Position numbers and translations under genes: made by a program
DNA from: a virus
Taxonomy: Duplodnaviria > Caudoviricetes
Direction: 5' to 3' (one strand)
Virus record (IMG/VR): IMGVR_UViG_3300047272_000250
Coordinates: 1 to 64,000 of that record
DNA: 64,000 nucleotides
In this document: positions 24,107-35,215 of the stretch, piece by piece
Position numbering within the stretch: position 1 is the first letter of the stretch
Layout of the letters: each line of letters opens with the position of its first letter
Notes under the pieces: model-generated
Seen by the model: the letters and a program-made list of their open reading frames with translations, nothing else
What the model was told of the DNA's origin: nothing
Database searches by the model: none

Positions 24107-24513
24107 TTGATAGACTCCCCGTTTTTATGTAAATCAGCCTCTTTAGCACTAACCTCGATAATATATCCAGGATCTATACCAAACTTGGTAAAGAAATCTG
24201 GTGTAGTTATATGCTGCTTTAAACCGTTTACCACTAAGTATATTTTACCATTTGAGACGTCCTTGATCACACTACCGTCTCTAAAGGCTAGAATGCCCCC
24301 TAGAACGATCTTTGAGAGTGATTCTGGACTTCCATACCAAACCTTAAATCCCCAGCTCTGCAGAGCCCTGTCAGAGATAATCCTATACTTTTTATTATTC
24401 TTAATAAAATAAGTATTGGTACCATCAAAAACGGCAACTCCGCTAGGATATGCCGTAGGAACTAATGGTGGTTTTATTTCAGCCTTGGGCTGTTCCTTCT
24501 TCTTTCTTAGCAT
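24103..24513 (-). CDS. Hypothetical protein with internal duplication
   Basis: YFIKNNKKYRI and YLVVNGLKQHI repeats; start re-called at MLRKKK. Confidence 0.7.
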   Translation of the reverse strand: MLRKKKEQPKAEIKPPLVPTAYPSGVAVFDGTNTYFIKNNKKYRIISDRALQSWGFKVWYGSPESLSKIVLGGILAFRDGSVIKDVSNGKIYLVVNGLKQHITTPDFFTKFGIDPGYIIEVSAKEADLHKNGESIN

Positions 24514-24640
24514 TTTCCTTCTCTTCAATAAGTTGAGTTATCTCTGCTCTAAGAACAGCTACCTGTGTCTCATAATTTACTACAATTTCACCAATGCGTT
24601 GCTGTAGTGCAGTAAGCACTAGTTCTACTTTGTCAGACAT
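24479..24640 (-). CDS. 53-aa coiled-coil protein, missing from the ORF track
   Basis: MSDKVELVLTALQQRIGEIVVNYETQVAVLRAEITQL...; TAATG overlap, AGGAG RBS. Confidence 0.7.
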   Translation of the reverse strand: MSDKVELVLTALQQRIGEIVVNYETQVAVLRAEITQLIEEKENAKKEEGTAQG

Positions 24641-24936
24641 TATTCTCCTAATGTAATTGCGTCGATAATACGGTCAAATGTGCTTAGCTTAGCAAGAGCC
24701 ATATTAATCTCTTGGCCTACTTCATAGTCGCCAGAGTCAATCTTTGTATCTACCTGTGTCATTAAAGATTTTAGGTCTTCTGACATTGCCTGGAGGATCC
24801 CGTCCATCAATGGCTTTGTTTCTGGGTTGTCTATAGCATCCTTAAATGGGACAGGAATTTCTCCCACAAGGACGTCGCTATCGTCAAATATTCTTTTGAC
24901 TACTAGATTCCCCATTGTTTCATAGGCTATTCTCAT
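24640..24936 (-). CDS. Hypothetical protein
   Basis: Translationally coupled ORF. Confidence 0.7.
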   Translation of the reverse strand: MRIAYETMGNLVVKRIFDDSDVLVGEIPVPFKDAIDNPETKPLMDGILQAMSEDLKSLMTQVDTKIDSGDYEVGQEINMALAKLSTFDRIIDAITLGE

Positions 24937-25160
24937 TATTCAGCCTCTACAGTAGCAAGTTCTGCCTTGATTGCATCGATCTGTGTTTGCTTTTCGGCAA
25001 TTTCAGTAGTAAGTCCAGATAGCTTTTCGGCATCTGGAGCAACTCTAGCCTGCTCAGCAATTTTATTTACTTCTAAAGAAAACTGTGAATACTCAAGGTT
25101 TCTTAGCTGCCCCTCTAGAATATTTACTTTTTCGTCTTTTGATAAGTATTGATATGTCAT
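24936..25160 (-). CDS. Small coiled-coil protein (possible fibre chaperone)
   Basis: Start MTYQYLSKDEK after AGGAGG. Confidence 0.7.
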   Translation of the reverse strand: MTYQYLSKDEKVNILEGQLRNLEYSQFSLEVNKIAEQARVAPDAEKLSGLTTEIAEKQTQIDAIKAELATVEAE

Positions 25161-25185
25161 TATTTCCTCCTTTTCTATTATAGCA

Positions 25186-25389
25186 TTAAGCATTCAACTC
25201 GTCTAGGATATTCTCCAGAGACATTATAATGTTTGAATAATCAATTATATCTTGATTGTTCATATCTATTTTTATCTGATCCCCGTGATTCTCCAGGAAA
25301 CTGACTGAATTGATACTCTCCTGAAGTCTTTCTCTCCAGAAATCTATCTTATAATTTATTAAGTAAATCTTATCTTCTTTTGCTATCAT
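25186..25389 (-). CDS. Small coiled-coil protein, possible paralog of its neighbour
   Basis: KEDKIYLI resembles KDEKVNIL. Confidence 0.6.
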   Translation of the reverse strand: MIAKEDKIYLINYKIDFWRERLQESINSVSFLENHGDQIKIDMNNQDIIDYSNIIMSLENILDELNA

Positions 25390-25396
25390 ATTTATC

Positions 25397-27466
25397 CTAA
25401 TTCATATAAGTAGTTTGACTTGAAACTACGCTATTTCCACCAGAGTTTGTAGCAGAAACATAAAGAGTATAGTTTCCAGCACCCTGCCAACCGCTTCCAT
25501 CATATCCTGGCCTAAATGTAGTTCCACTATAGGTATAGGCGTTGTTTGTTGTAAATACAGTTCCTGTAGGACCTTGGCAAAGAATAGAGTAGGCTGTTGG
25601 GGAGTTTGTATAACTCCACGAGAATGTACCTCCAAGAGACAAGGAGTTATTACCCGATATTGAAGATAGGACTGGGGCTGGTGTTGTTGGTGCGGAAGCC
25701 CTAGTTCCATTGTTAGGACCTCCCCAATCAGATTTTGTTCCTGCTGGATTACCAGAGGCATAAGCTTGTACATAATAATCACGGCTACTTCCAGCAGATA
25801 TACCAGTATCTAAAAATGAAGTACCCAATCCATTCCAGCCACCAGCATTATTTGGTCCGCCAAAGTCTGGGGCATTATCGTAACCTGGTGCGCCACCCCA
25901 CCAAATTCCATAATATGCAGCACCAGATACAGCGTTCCAGCTAACTAAAACTCCATCTGTTCTTGTGTCTGATGCATTAACTCCAGTGGGTGTAGAGAGC
26001 TTAGATACTGGTGCAGATACGCTAAAGCTAGAAGATGCAACTCCATTTGGAGAAACACCGTTAGATACAGTTGCTATGACCTGCCAAGCATATGCAGTTA
26101 CATTTGGAGCGACTGCTGTAGAACCAGTAGCAAATTGTACCCATTGAAGACTTGTGTTTAAATACTGCCAAGAGTATGTGGCTGTAAAAGTACTTGGGTT
26201 TCCAGTCCATCCAGATATAGATGCAGTAAATGTTGTGCTTCCAGCTGTTCCAGAAGATGGCGATACAGATACAGATCCTCCACTTGGAGCTGTCTGTGGT
26301 GCTGGAAGTGGTCCAAGCTCTTGTCCAGCGACAATTCCAGAATCAGTTCCATTGGTGGCTGATGCAAAAGCTCTATAGTAATATCTGTTATTAGTCTGTG
26401 CATTTGTATAATCAGATAAAGGAATAGTATAACTTACTCCAGATGTTTCTGAATATACCGTCCCACTTTTTACAAAAGTTTCAGAGGTTGCAACATTTTG
26501 AGTTCCCCTATAAATATATACTGTATAGCTTGTTGGCGAGTTAGACCAGGATCCTGGCTTAGCTGTTATTGTTCCGTCAACTGCTAGAGTCCCAGTCAAT
26601 GTTGGCTGAGAAGTATTTACTGGAGCTGGGACAACTACACCTGTTGCAACTGATGTAACTACATAAGGTGTCCAAGTAGTACCGTCTGATGAAGCAGAAA
26701 CCATGAAGTATTGTGGACCTCTTCCTGCGGGAACATTTCCATTTTTATCTGGGTCTGACGGACCCCAAGCCCAAGAACCACCTGTCGATGTTATAGTTGA
26801 TCCATTTACAATTTTTTCTTCATCCCAATATGTATCAGCAGAACCAGGTACTGTTCCATTAATATTCCAATAAATTCTATACCTGCCTGCGTTAGCTGCA
26901 CCAGACCAAGAAACCGTTACTGTTGTTTGACTTCCATTATTAGAAGCTGTAACTGAAGTTGGAGCTGTTGCAGATTGAAGCTGGGTAATAAGGCTTGGAC
27001 TATATACAGTAGTTGATCCTCTTTGGTTTGTTGCAGTTACTGAGCATCTAATGCTTGCCTCTTCTTGCGGAGTATATGTATCGGTAGTTGCACCATTGCC
27101 AGATAAGTTTGCCCAATAGTAGATATTTGGTCCAGGAATATAAGTATATTTTTGCCACTGATAATCATAAGTATTGCTAGTATAGTCATAATTTTCTCCA
27201 GCAGTCCATGTAGCACTTACTGTTACGGGACTTCCTATATAAGCTTTATAAACACCGCTAAAATAAGTTGCTCCTGAAGAGTAATAAGGCTCTACTGATA
27301 TTTTAGGAAAGTCTGGGTACGACATTTTAAAGTACGATCCATCATGTACGTATACCTTACTAACATAATTAAAGATACCATTATTATATAGACGAATCTG
27401 AGATGCCTCGCCAAATGCTACTGTGTCGCTAAATGGGTTATAATTTGTGACTACTTTAATTGTCAT
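25397..27466 (-). CDS. Tail fibre / receptor-binding protein with FN3/Ig-like repeats
   Basis: APTSVTAS...VSW..A...YRIYW repeats; Ser/Thr/Gly-rich. Confidence 0.75.
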   Translation of the reverse strand: MTIKVVTNYNPFSDTVAFGEASQIRLYNNGIFNYVSKVYVHDGSYFKMSYPDFPKISVEPYYSSGATYFSGVYKAYIGSPVTVSATWTAGENYDYTSNTYDYQWQKYTYIPGPNIYYWANLSGNGATTDTYTPQEEASIRCSVTATNQRGSTTVYSPSLITQLQSATAPTSVTASNNGSQTTVTVSWSGAANAGRYRIYWNINGTVPGSADTYWDEEKIVNGSTITSTGGSWAWGPSDPDKNGNVPAGRGPQYFMVSASSDGTTWTPYVVTSVATGVVVPAPVNTSQPTLTGTLAVDGTITAKPGSWSNSPTSYTVYIYRGTQNVATSETFVKSGTVYSETSGVSYTIPLSDYTNAQTNNRYYYRAFASATNGTDSGIVAGQELGPLPAPQTAPSGGSVSVSPSSGTAGSTTFTASISGWTGNPSTFTATYSWQYLNTSLQWVQFATGSTAVAPNVTAYAWQVIATVSNGVSPNGVASSSFSVSAPVSKLSTPTGVNASDTRTDGVLVSWNAVSGAAYYGIWWGGAPGYDNAPDFGGPNNAGGWNGLGTSFLDTGISAGSSRDYYVQAYASGNPAGTKSDWGGPNNGTRASAPTTPAPVLSSISGNNSLSLGGTFSWSYTNSPTAYSILCQGPTGTVFTTNNAYTYSGTTFRPGYDGSGWQGAGNYTLYVSATNSGGNSVVSSQTTYMN

Positions 27467-27467
27467 A

Positions 27468-30400
27468 TTAATATACTATCCAAAGATCTCCAGCTTGGAA
27501 TGATGCCGTTGGCTGAACTCCAGTGGTATAGAATATTTTATTAGATGTTGATGATCCAGTTCCGTTTGTATAACCGCCAGAGGTTCCACCAGTACCATCT
27601 GAAGCTGATGTAATTCTTCCATAAGGATCCACAGTAATATTAGCATTTGTATAAGATCCAGAAATTACATTTGTCTGTGCAAGATCTATATCGTTAGCAT
27701 TAACAACAATTCTTCCAGTGTCTGCTGTTGCTACGTTAAGCGTTACAGTACCAGTTGTTCCTCCGCCTGTTAAACCTGCTCCAGCGGTGACTCCAAGAAT
27801 GTCTCCAGTGCCAGATGCACTAGAGCTTCCTAGGCTTACGTATCCAGATGAGTCAACTCTTAGATTAGCATATGTTCCTGCGCCAGACTTAAAACCATCA
27901 AGTCTTATATTGGTCGCCTTTAATCTTAGCAGCCCCATGTTTAAGCTACCGCTTCTAGGACCAATAGTCATAGTAGTATCTGCTGGGGTAGCCATCCAAA
28001 CTCTAGTATTTCCGCTATAGTCTACTCCACCCGCAGTTTCATTTGCTCTTTCTATATGAAGTCTAAGTGGGCCAAATAAGTTAGCTCCATATGACCCGCC
28101 ACCATGATACCCATTCCATCTCATAACCTCTATACCATTTTGTAGTGGCCATAGCTGCTCTGTATTATAATTATCTACGTCTGTTCTTACAGAAACAGTT
28201 GGTCCATAAACAGATTCTCCAGACTGTGCATCGCTAGCATTATTACTACTTACCAAAATATAAGAAGAGTCTGTAGAGCTAGTAAACGTTCCACCCATAA
28301 TCTGGAGAGTATTAGCATCTCTTGCAACAATAGATGAGGTCTCTCCATTTAGATATATTCCGCTAAGACCGTTAGCCGAGAATATCTTCATGCTAGTTCC
28401 GATTGCTACTCCATGTGCAAGAGTTCCAGACTCTGCGTTAATGTCTCCCTGCATGAATAGGTCGCCAGAAGTATTAATTCTAAATCTTTTAGCAGTAATT
28501 GCTCCAGTATCAAGATTAATAGCTGTGCCTGATGTTGAAAATGCTGATCCATCTGTTGCACTAGCGTATCCAGAAGACTTTATAACTCCAGTAGATATAA
28601 CTCCTCCAACAATGCTTGTTGTGTTTGTTGATCCCGCCGAAGAGTTAATCTTTGCAATAGCAGAGCTACTTGCAACATTTCCAAGAGTTGCGTCGGCCTT
28701 GGCTGCAAGGTCTCCTGTTGTTGCATAACCATTTAAATCATCTTGCTGGACTATATTAGATCCAGTTCCTATAATATTTAATGTACCACTAATACTTACA
28801 GATCCATCTGCTCCAACACTAAAGTTTGGACCCATATAAATACTGCCATCTGAGTATAAACCAACTAGCTGATTGTTAGCATTTCTAGTTGTTAATGCTC
28901 CCGCCTCAATATCCCATCCACCAATTTCTCCACCTATTGCATATAGCTGTCCAGTGTTTGAGTAGATAGCAGCCTGAAGAGTTCCACCAGTTGTTGCATT
29001 ATATCCAAATACGCCGCCTGAACCTATTTCTACACGACCAAGGTTTCCAGTGGCACGTATTGCTCCACCATTTAGTAGAATGTCTCCACCGCTATTTAGT
29101 GTTACGTTTGCTCCAAATGTTGAAGCCTGGGTTACATTAAGAGAACCTTTAACTGTTAGGGCTGCTCCATCCCAAGAAAGCTGGTCCTTTAAGCTAAACT
29201 TGCCAAGAGCGTCAAAGTAGAATGGGGTGTTAGTATTGTTATATGTTCCAGTTCCATAGTAAACTGCTGGTACTGATGCTGTTCCATCAATAGTAATCTT
29301 ATTTGCGCCTTCGTCATCACCGACAAAAAGCTTTCCTACGATACCTGTGTTTGTCTTAAGTCTATCTGCATCGATTGTATTTGCAACAACCTTGTCTCCA
29401 ACAATAGTATTTGCTGCTATAAGATTGCCTACAATAGTTCCAGAAGTAATAGAAGTCTCTGCATTAATAGTTCCAGGTGTTGCAGATACTCCCGCCGTCC
29501 AAGTTCCCTGGTTACCGCTTGAGTCGATAGCACGGACTCTTACATAGTAGGTTGTGTTAGTAGTAAGCCCAGTAAATGTTGCAACTGTTCCAGTAACAAC
29601 TCTATCCTGTATTGGGCTAGAAAAATCAGAGTTATCATCTATCTGGAACTGGTATGTTCCTCTTCCAAGGTCTACGTCGTTCTCAGAGTTTCTATTCCAG
29701 TATGCAACTATATTATTAAATCCCGCAACCGCTACTAGGCCAGTTGGAGCTGATGGTACTGTTGTGTCTCCAGGAATCAATACTGAAACTGGAGTAGTTG
29801 GTATATATCCAGTTGGATTACTTCCATCGGTAGCATTTACTTGGAAGTAGTAAGTGGTGCCTGATCTTAATCCAAAAATTCTTGTAGTTACTTGTGGATG
29901 CTGAATAAACATGTATGCATCCCATGTTGTAGCGCTTCTTCCATATCGAATGTAGTATCCAAGTGCATCTGTTGATGTTGATCCAGTCCAGCTTACATCA
30001 GCATAACCAGTTGAGCCAGATGGGTCAGCTGAATCATTTGAAGCTGTAACAGACAGCCCAGAAGGTGGCGCTGGTGGAGTTGTATCAATATCCAAGCTTC
30101 CTGCGCTTACAGAGTCTGAAGCTTCAGAAAAAGCTGATACATTGTTTGATCTATCTACTCCAGTAAACTTAAATGTAAATGGACCAGTGCCAAGTGTAGA
30201 TACGTATGTAATTGTCGCACCCTTAGATGCTATTGAGCCAAACTTAGTATATGTAGTTCCGTTAGTAGATACGTATACGTCTACTCTATTGAAGTCTAGT
30301 GGTTCTACATATCCAGCGTCTGACCACTTTACTGATACCCCGCCTACAACAGAAGTTACTTGTGGCTTAGATGGAACTGGTGGTGGAGTTTGATCTCCAG

Positions 30401-30518
30401 TAACTGTATAGTTAAAGAATGCAGACCATGGACCAGTTTGTCCTTGATCATTGCTTGCCCTAAACCTAAAGGTCCAAGTTCCTGGGACTAAGCCCTGTAT
30501 CGTCTTCTTATAGGCCAT
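27468..30518 (-). CDS. Central tail fibre / tail tip protein with FN3 repeats
   Basis: DTTPP.PP..L FN3 modules; beta-helix-like region. Confidence 0.8.
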   Translation of the reverse strand: MAYKKTIQGLVPGTWTFRFRASNDQGQTGPWSAFFNYTVTGDQTPPPVPSKPQVTSVVGGVSVKWSDAGYVEPLDFNRVDVYVSTNGTTYTKFGSIASKGATITYVSTLGTGPFTFKFTGVDRSNNVSAFSEASDSVSAGSLDIDTTPPAPPSGLSVTASNDSADPSGSTGYADVSWTGSTSTDALGYYIRYGRSATTWDAYMFIQHPQVTTRIFGLRSGTTYYFQVNATDGSNPTGYIPTTPVSVLIPGDTTVPSAPTGLVAVAGFNNIVAYWNRNSENDVDLGRGTYQFQIDDNSDFSSPIQDRVVTGTVATFTGLTTNTTYYVRVRAIDSSGNQGTWTAGVSATPGTINAETSITSGTIVGNLIAANTIVGDKVVANTIDADRLKTNTGIVGKLFVGDDEGANKITIDGTASVPAVYYGTGTYNNTNTPFYFDALGKFSLKDQLSWDGAALTVKGSLNVTQASTFGANVTLNSGGDILLNGGAIRATGNLGRVEIGSGGVFGYNATTGGTLQAAIYSNTGQLYAIGGEIGGWDIEAGALTTRNANNQLVGLYSDGSIYMGPNFSVGADGSVSISGTLNIIGTGSNIVQQDDLNGYATTGDLAAKADATLGNVASSSAIAKINSSAGSTNTTSIVGGVISTGVIKSSGYASATDGSAFSTSGTAINLDTGAITAKRFRINTSGDLFMQGDINAESGTLAHGVAIGTSMKIFSANGLSGIYLNGETSSIVARDANTLQIMGGTFTSSTDSSYILVSSNNASDAQSGESVYGPTVSVRTDVDNYNTEQLWPLQNGIEVMRWNGYHGGGSYGANLFGPLRLHIERANETAGGVDYSGNTRVWMATPADTTMTIGPRSGSLNMGLLRLKATNIRLDGFKSGAGTYANLRVDSSGYVSLGSSSASGTGDILGVTAGAGLTGGGTTGTVTLNVATADTGRIVVNANDIDLAQTNVISGSYTNANITVDPYGRITSASDGTGGTSGGYTNGTGSSTSNKIFYTTGVQPTASFQAGDLWIVY

Positions 30519-31471
30519 TACAAATTAAATCCTAATCTGTATTCAATATCAAATGGGTATCCGCCTTCAACTACTAACGGTGTTGCAAGTAGTGATCTGC
30601 TGACTAGTGTCGCTTTATCAAGATCAGAGTACTCATCAAATCTAATACCATCCATTGTAACTACAGAAGAGGATGAACTTGCTACTGATACTGAAATGCT
30701 TGTTGTGTTTTGAATAAGCGGTGTTCCAGTTACAGTCATAGAAGAAAAATCAATTGTTTTAACGTTATAGCCTAGAGCCATGTCAGCTGCAGCTATTGTA
30801 GCTGTATAGTAGTTTGAAGAATCGTTTGCAAACTTAATCGATACAGATGTAGGTATAGATGAGGCAACATTAAATGCCACCTTCATTTTATCTCCAGTAG
30901 TATAGCTTCCAACGTAAGAAGATATATTGTCATATGTAGAAGTTGTAGTTCCGCCAGAAGCAGTAATCTGTAGTCCAGAATCACCAATTCTAAGTAGCGG
31001 TGTACCCTCAAGATCATTAGAAACAAATACTACATTTGCTGGTGTTGACCAAGCTTCGTAGGTATCATCAAATACTGCTATCAAATCATTGTTGTCGTTG
31101 ATATCGCTAATACCGCCAAGTAGAACTCCGCCTATTGAAGCAAGTCCTGCCTCTGTGATAACACCCTTAAATACTGCTGGAAGAGTTGCTCTAAATACAA
31201 TTTGGGTTGGAGTTTGAGTTGCATCAATAGTCTTGAACTGTACTGGGACTGGGAAGATTTCAAATCCCATAAACTCATCAGTAACAGCTGGAGTACCTGT
31301 ACCTACCCCTAAAGTAATCTTAGTAGCATACTCATATGACTGCTTAGATAAGTAAGCAATTACTGAATCCTTACCCTTTGTGGTAATAATGTTTTTAGAA
31401 CGGTATACTTCAACACCGTTCTTATAGAATACATATTCTCCCTTAAGAGATTCTGTAGAATTCAACTTCAT
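30518..31471 (-). CDS. Minor tail/baseplate protein
   Basis: NIITTKG...LGVGTG...ITEAGL motif typical of tail-fibre N-termini. Confidence 0.7.
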   Translation of the reverse strand: MKLNSTESLKGEYVFYKNGVEVYRSKNIITTKGKDSVIAYLSKQSYEYATKITLGVGTGTPAVTDEFMGFEIFPVPVQFKTIDATQTPTQIVFRATLPAVFKGVITEAGLASIGGVLLGGISDINDNNDLIAVFDDTYEAWSTPANVVFVSNDLEGTPLLRIGDSGLQITASGGTTTSTYDNISSYVGSYTTGDKMKVAFNVASSIPTSVSIKFANDSSNYYTATIAAADMALGYNVKTIDFSSMTVTGTPLIQNTTSISVSVASSSSSVVTMDGIRFDEYSDLDKATLVSRSLLATPLVVEGGYPFDIEYRLGFNL

Positions 31472-31841
31472 AGAAATCCGCTCCCGTCAGATCAGGCAAT
31501 GTAGCAATAACATCTGCTATATATGTACCGTCTCCAGTAAATTTTCCAACCTGGCTAAATTCAACAGTAGTAATTACGCCAAGAGGTGTGTTTTCGAGCT
31601 CATCGTCAAATGGTAGCTCAATATCGTACTCTTCTTTGTCCATTGTTTGATCAACAACGTCAACAGTCTTTCCTTCATACTGCTCTGCAGTATCTACCCC
31701 GCCTTGCTTTACATAGGTATAGCCATACGGATCTTCTTGATTTTTACCGCCTACAAGGTCTGCGTCTAGGTCACCTGGACCGAATAGGTCTTCAGTGCCC
31801 TTTACTTGCCTATTTGAATAGGTTACTTTAGATTTTGTCAT
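31443..31841 (-). CDS. Hypothetical tail-region protein
   Basis: Translationally coupled ORF. Confidence 0.65.
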   Translation of the reverse strand: MTKSKVTYSNRQVKGTEDLFGPGDLDADLVGGKNQEDPYGYTYVKQGGVDTAEQYEGKTVDVVDQTMDKEEYDIELPFDDELENTPLGVITTVEFSQVGKFTGDGTYIADVIATLPDLTGADFYEVEFYRIS

Positions 31842-34800
31842 GACACTTCCTGTAGCGTTAAACTAGTAGTCAGCCCATTTTCAAATGACTGGCTAATTCC
31901 AGTCACAATAAATGAGTGCGTTGAAGAAGACAGACCTAAATCTGGATGCTCAACATCTACTGTATCTCCTAATTGTACCAGAGGATTGCTAAATATTTCA
32001 ACATTTACATTAATAACGTCATTAGTCTTACCATTTTTAACCACAGAGGACTTAGACTTAATAAAATCAGCTAACCCCTTAGCCTGATCATAGGACTGAA
32101 TCCACTCTGAGTCTACCTCAAACTTTGCGTCATCTGATCTAGCCTTTGAAATAGAAATTTTATATTCTTTAGCGTCAAATTTCTTTAATGCATAACCAAT
32201 TAGTTTAGGATATTGAGCTGTAGCAGTTCCTGGGAACGAGCTAGCTAATGATGTAGGAGATGTTGACTCATTGATCAAGGCTATCTTGGCTCTAAATGAA
32301 TTAGATGACAAGATGGTAGCTCCATATCTAGTTACAGATGCACCTGCAGCAATTTTAACTGGGGTAGCTGGGAACTTCAAATAATCAAACTCCTCAACTC
32401 TAATCTCTCTAATTACTGGATAGAACTCATAGTAGTCATATGTATTATCTTGGTTAGGCTTATTGACTGCTCCTAGATATCCCGCCGCAACTACCTCTGT
32501 TGTAAATCCTCTAATTGAGTCTGCAAAGAATGCGCCATCCTGTAGAGAACCAGAATTATTTGCTCCCCAGGCACCAAACTTTGAGAAGAAGGCTGTGCTG
32601 TCTCCAGCCACAAACACTCCTGCCTTTGTAGTTCTTGGTAGTGGGGTTGGATCTTCAACCTGACAGATTAGCTGTCCCATGATGTATAGATCTAGGCACA
32701 TCTTTTTATTTCTTTCTATTCTTAGAACCTGAATATCATAATCTTGAACGGTCTGGAATGATACGCTATCTTTAAATATAGTATTCTCGCTATCTCTTTT
32801 AAACTTAGCGTCCACTGCGTCTATAGATGCAATGTTAGTTCTTACTCCAGAAGTAAGCTTATAAATATTAATCGTCTTGTTTGCATTAGCCTTATTGTAA
32901 GAATCAACTGTGGCACCTAGGCTAAACTCTAAGAAGTATCCGCTGTTATTTGATTCGTTGTAATCTATCACTATTCCGCCCAAACTGTCTGAGTCATTAT
33001 TAACCTCGTCAGGCTCTTTTATAACAATACGCATAGTTGTCTCAAATCTCTTGTAGTTATCTTTTTTCAGAGTAACTAGTCCAAGCTGCATATTTTTTCT
33101 GCGCTCTGCGGCTTTGGTTTCCTTGAGTGTGCTCTTACCAGTTGTATTGTCTGTTGATAAGCGAAGTGCTGTATTCTCTATGCTAAACGTAGGATTATTT
33201 ACAAAGGTGGAGGAAGCTGTTCCAACTTTAGCAGTTCTAATAGACCATGCCCCGTTATCTGGGCTAGCTGCAGAGTGTGCTTTTTCTGTTGTACCAAACT
33301 GACCACGCTTAATTCCAGTAAGCTTTCCTGTATGATTAATAAATGCTATGCCAGGATCTGAGGCAATAAGCGACTGATACTCTTCCTTGCTCTGAATCTT
33401 TTTCTCTTCCTGACCACGGCCATCGTTATATTGAACTAAAAACTTTGTGCCATCGTAGTAAATAATTTCGCCGTTTATATAAAGGTAACCCTTATGAGAA
33501 GAAATTCCATCAGCAATGATAAGCTTAGGCTCTGAGTTCTTTTGAATTACCTGTTGAGTAGATGGAATCTTTATCTGTATATCAGCTGTTCCCATAGGAA
33601 TCGCATAGGCTAATCTTGTTGCTCCAAGGGTCCACTCTGTGGATGGTTCCCAAATAGTTGTAGCGTAGCTGGCCCCTCTAAATCCTCTAACCGTATTTTT
33701 ATTTGTTGAAGACTGCGCTTCATTGTATGTTGTTAAAACATCGTCTTGAACCTCATAGCCTCTAGCAGCATACTTTACTACCAGATTACCAATTCTTGGC
33801 TTTGCACTTTGCTCAAAGTTTATGATGTTAGGAAGAGTAGAGCCATTTGTATTGTAGGTTAGTACCTGCTCTGTTGTCTGTGCGTCAAGCACGTTACCCT
33901 TTGCCTTAAAAACTGGTCTTCCAACTTCATCAAAGAATACTGCTGACTGGTAAGAAATACAAAGCTGTTGCAGAGTATCCCAGAATGTTTGTTCATTGCT
34001 CATCCAGAAAGTTCCTACTGTTTCATTTAGGCTATTCTCAACATTGATGATAGCCTCATTAAGACCTACTGCATCAAATACTGTTCTAATTGCCTTCCCG
34101 ATTGTATACTTTGGCCCAATAACCATATCAGGGGCAGTTGTCTGCTGAAGAATCTTTGCCATGTCGTAGCACTCAATCGAAGCAGTTGTGTTTGGGCTTA
34201 TAGTCCAGGCATCCATAAATCCAGTAAATTGAGGAATAACGTCTGAGCCAATGATCGAGTAAATCTTAACACCAACACGCTTATCTAATATTCCATAGTA
34301 CTTTGCAGATTCTTTTTCATAGCTAAAGTCATTAAGTGTATTATCAAATACTACCGAAGCAGAGTTAGAGCTTATCTGTCCTACTGGCAGAACCCCGCCA
34401 TCTTCAAACAGATTCTTTTGTATGCTCCAAGAAACAACGTCTGCTGATACATCTGCCTCTAATCTAGGAGACATTTCAATAATTTCAACTGGGTAGTATC
34501 CAACATTAACTGTCTCTACTAGAACCTTGATTCCAGAAATTGTATCTACATTTGTAGATATAGACGGAGATGTATGCTTTGTTGTCGTCCAGGTAGTGCC
34601 GTTATAGTAAATTATTAATCCGCCTGTAGTCAGGCCGTTAGTATTGTCATAGGCAAATAGCTGGGTCCAGGTATTATTCTTAAATCCATAAACCTTAAAC
34701 TTTTTAGGAGTTGAGTGTGCTGTTTCAAACTTTACAACAATCTTATTAGTCTTAAATGATCTATCATACTTTGCATAGATAGACTTGTTAACAGATGTAG

Positions 34801-35215
34801 AAGACTGTCCCTTTCTGAGGAATGCCCAATACTTATATCCATCATCTTTTGATACAAAGTAGTTTCTTATAGGGTTTGTGTATGATGTTGTTACAGCAGA
34901 TATTGCCCCATAGATTCCCTTTAGGATCCCGCCAACATATGTTCCATTATGGACAGCATACTCACCAGGTCTAATAAAATTAACTACTGAGGTTAGAGGG
35001 TAAACCTCTTCCTTATATCTATCATAATTAGTTGAAGTTTCAATTACTTTTAGGTCGCCAGTTTCTTCATCATAAGAGTAAAGGGCAGAGTCATCAATAC
35101 CCATTTCAGTAATTCCAGCATGGATATTATAATTCCACTCAAGCATAACCTTTTGTGAGGTTTCTAGATTATGCTGGGTGTCTATAGCCGTTTTAGCATT
35201 TGGAAAGTTTAACAT
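31838..35215 (-). CDS. Large minor tail (hub/Tal-like) protein
   Basis: Second gene after tape measure; C-terminal NPLVQLGDTV...VTGISQS motif. Confidence 0.8.
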   Translation of the reverse strand: MLNFPNAKTAIDTQHNLETSQKVMLEWNYNIHAGITEMGIDDSALYSYDEETGDLKVIETSTNYDRYKEEVYPLTSVVNFIRPGEYAVHNGTYVGGILKGIYGAISAVTTSYTNPIRNYFVSKDDGYKYWAFLRKGQSSTSVNKSIYAKYDRSFKTNKIVVKFETAHSTPKKFKVYGFKNNTWTQLFAYDNTNGLTTGGLIIYYNGTTWTTTKHTSPSISTNVDTISGIKVLVETVNVGYYPVEIIEMSPRLEADVSADVVSWSIQKNLFEDGGVLPVGQISSNSASVVFDNTLNDFSYEKESAKYYGILDKRVGVKIYSIIGSDVIPQFTGFMDAWTISPNTTASIECYDMAKILQQTTAPDMVIGPKYTIGKAIRTVFDAVGLNEAIINVENSLNETVGTFWMSNEQTFWDTLQQLCISYQSAVFFDEVGRPVFKAKGNVLDAQTTEQVLTYNTNGSTLPNIINFEQSAKPRIGNLVVKYAARGYEVQDDVLTTYNEAQSSTNKNTVRGFRGASYATTIWEPSTEWTLGATRLAYAIPMGTADIQIKIPSTQQVIQKNSEPKLIIADGISSHKGYLYINGEIIYYDGTKFLVQYNDGRGQEEKKIQSKEEYQSLIASDPGIAFINHTGKLTGIKRGQFGTTEKAHSAASPDNGAWSIRTAKVGTASSTFVNNPTFSIENTALRLSTDNTTGKSTLKETKAAERRKNMQLGLVTLKKDNYKRFETTMRIVIKEPDEVNNDSDSLGGIVIDYNESNNSGYFLEFSLGATVDSYNKANANKTINIYKLTSGVRTNIASIDAVDAKFKRDSENTIFKDSVSFQTVQDYDIQVLRIERNKKMCLDLYIMGQLICQVEDPTPLPRTTKAGVFVAGDSTAFFSKFGAWGANNSGSLQDGAFFADSIRGFTTEVVAAGYLGAVNKPNQDNTYDYYEFYPVIREIRVEEFDYLKFPATPVKIAAGASVTRYGATILSSNSFRAKIALINESTSPTSLASSFPGTATAQYPKLIGYALKKFDAKEYKISISKARSDDAKFEVDSEWIQSYDQAKGLADFIKSKSSVVKNGKTNDVINVNVEIFSNPLVQLGDTVDVEHPDLGLSSSTHSFIVTGISQSFENGLTTSLTLQEVS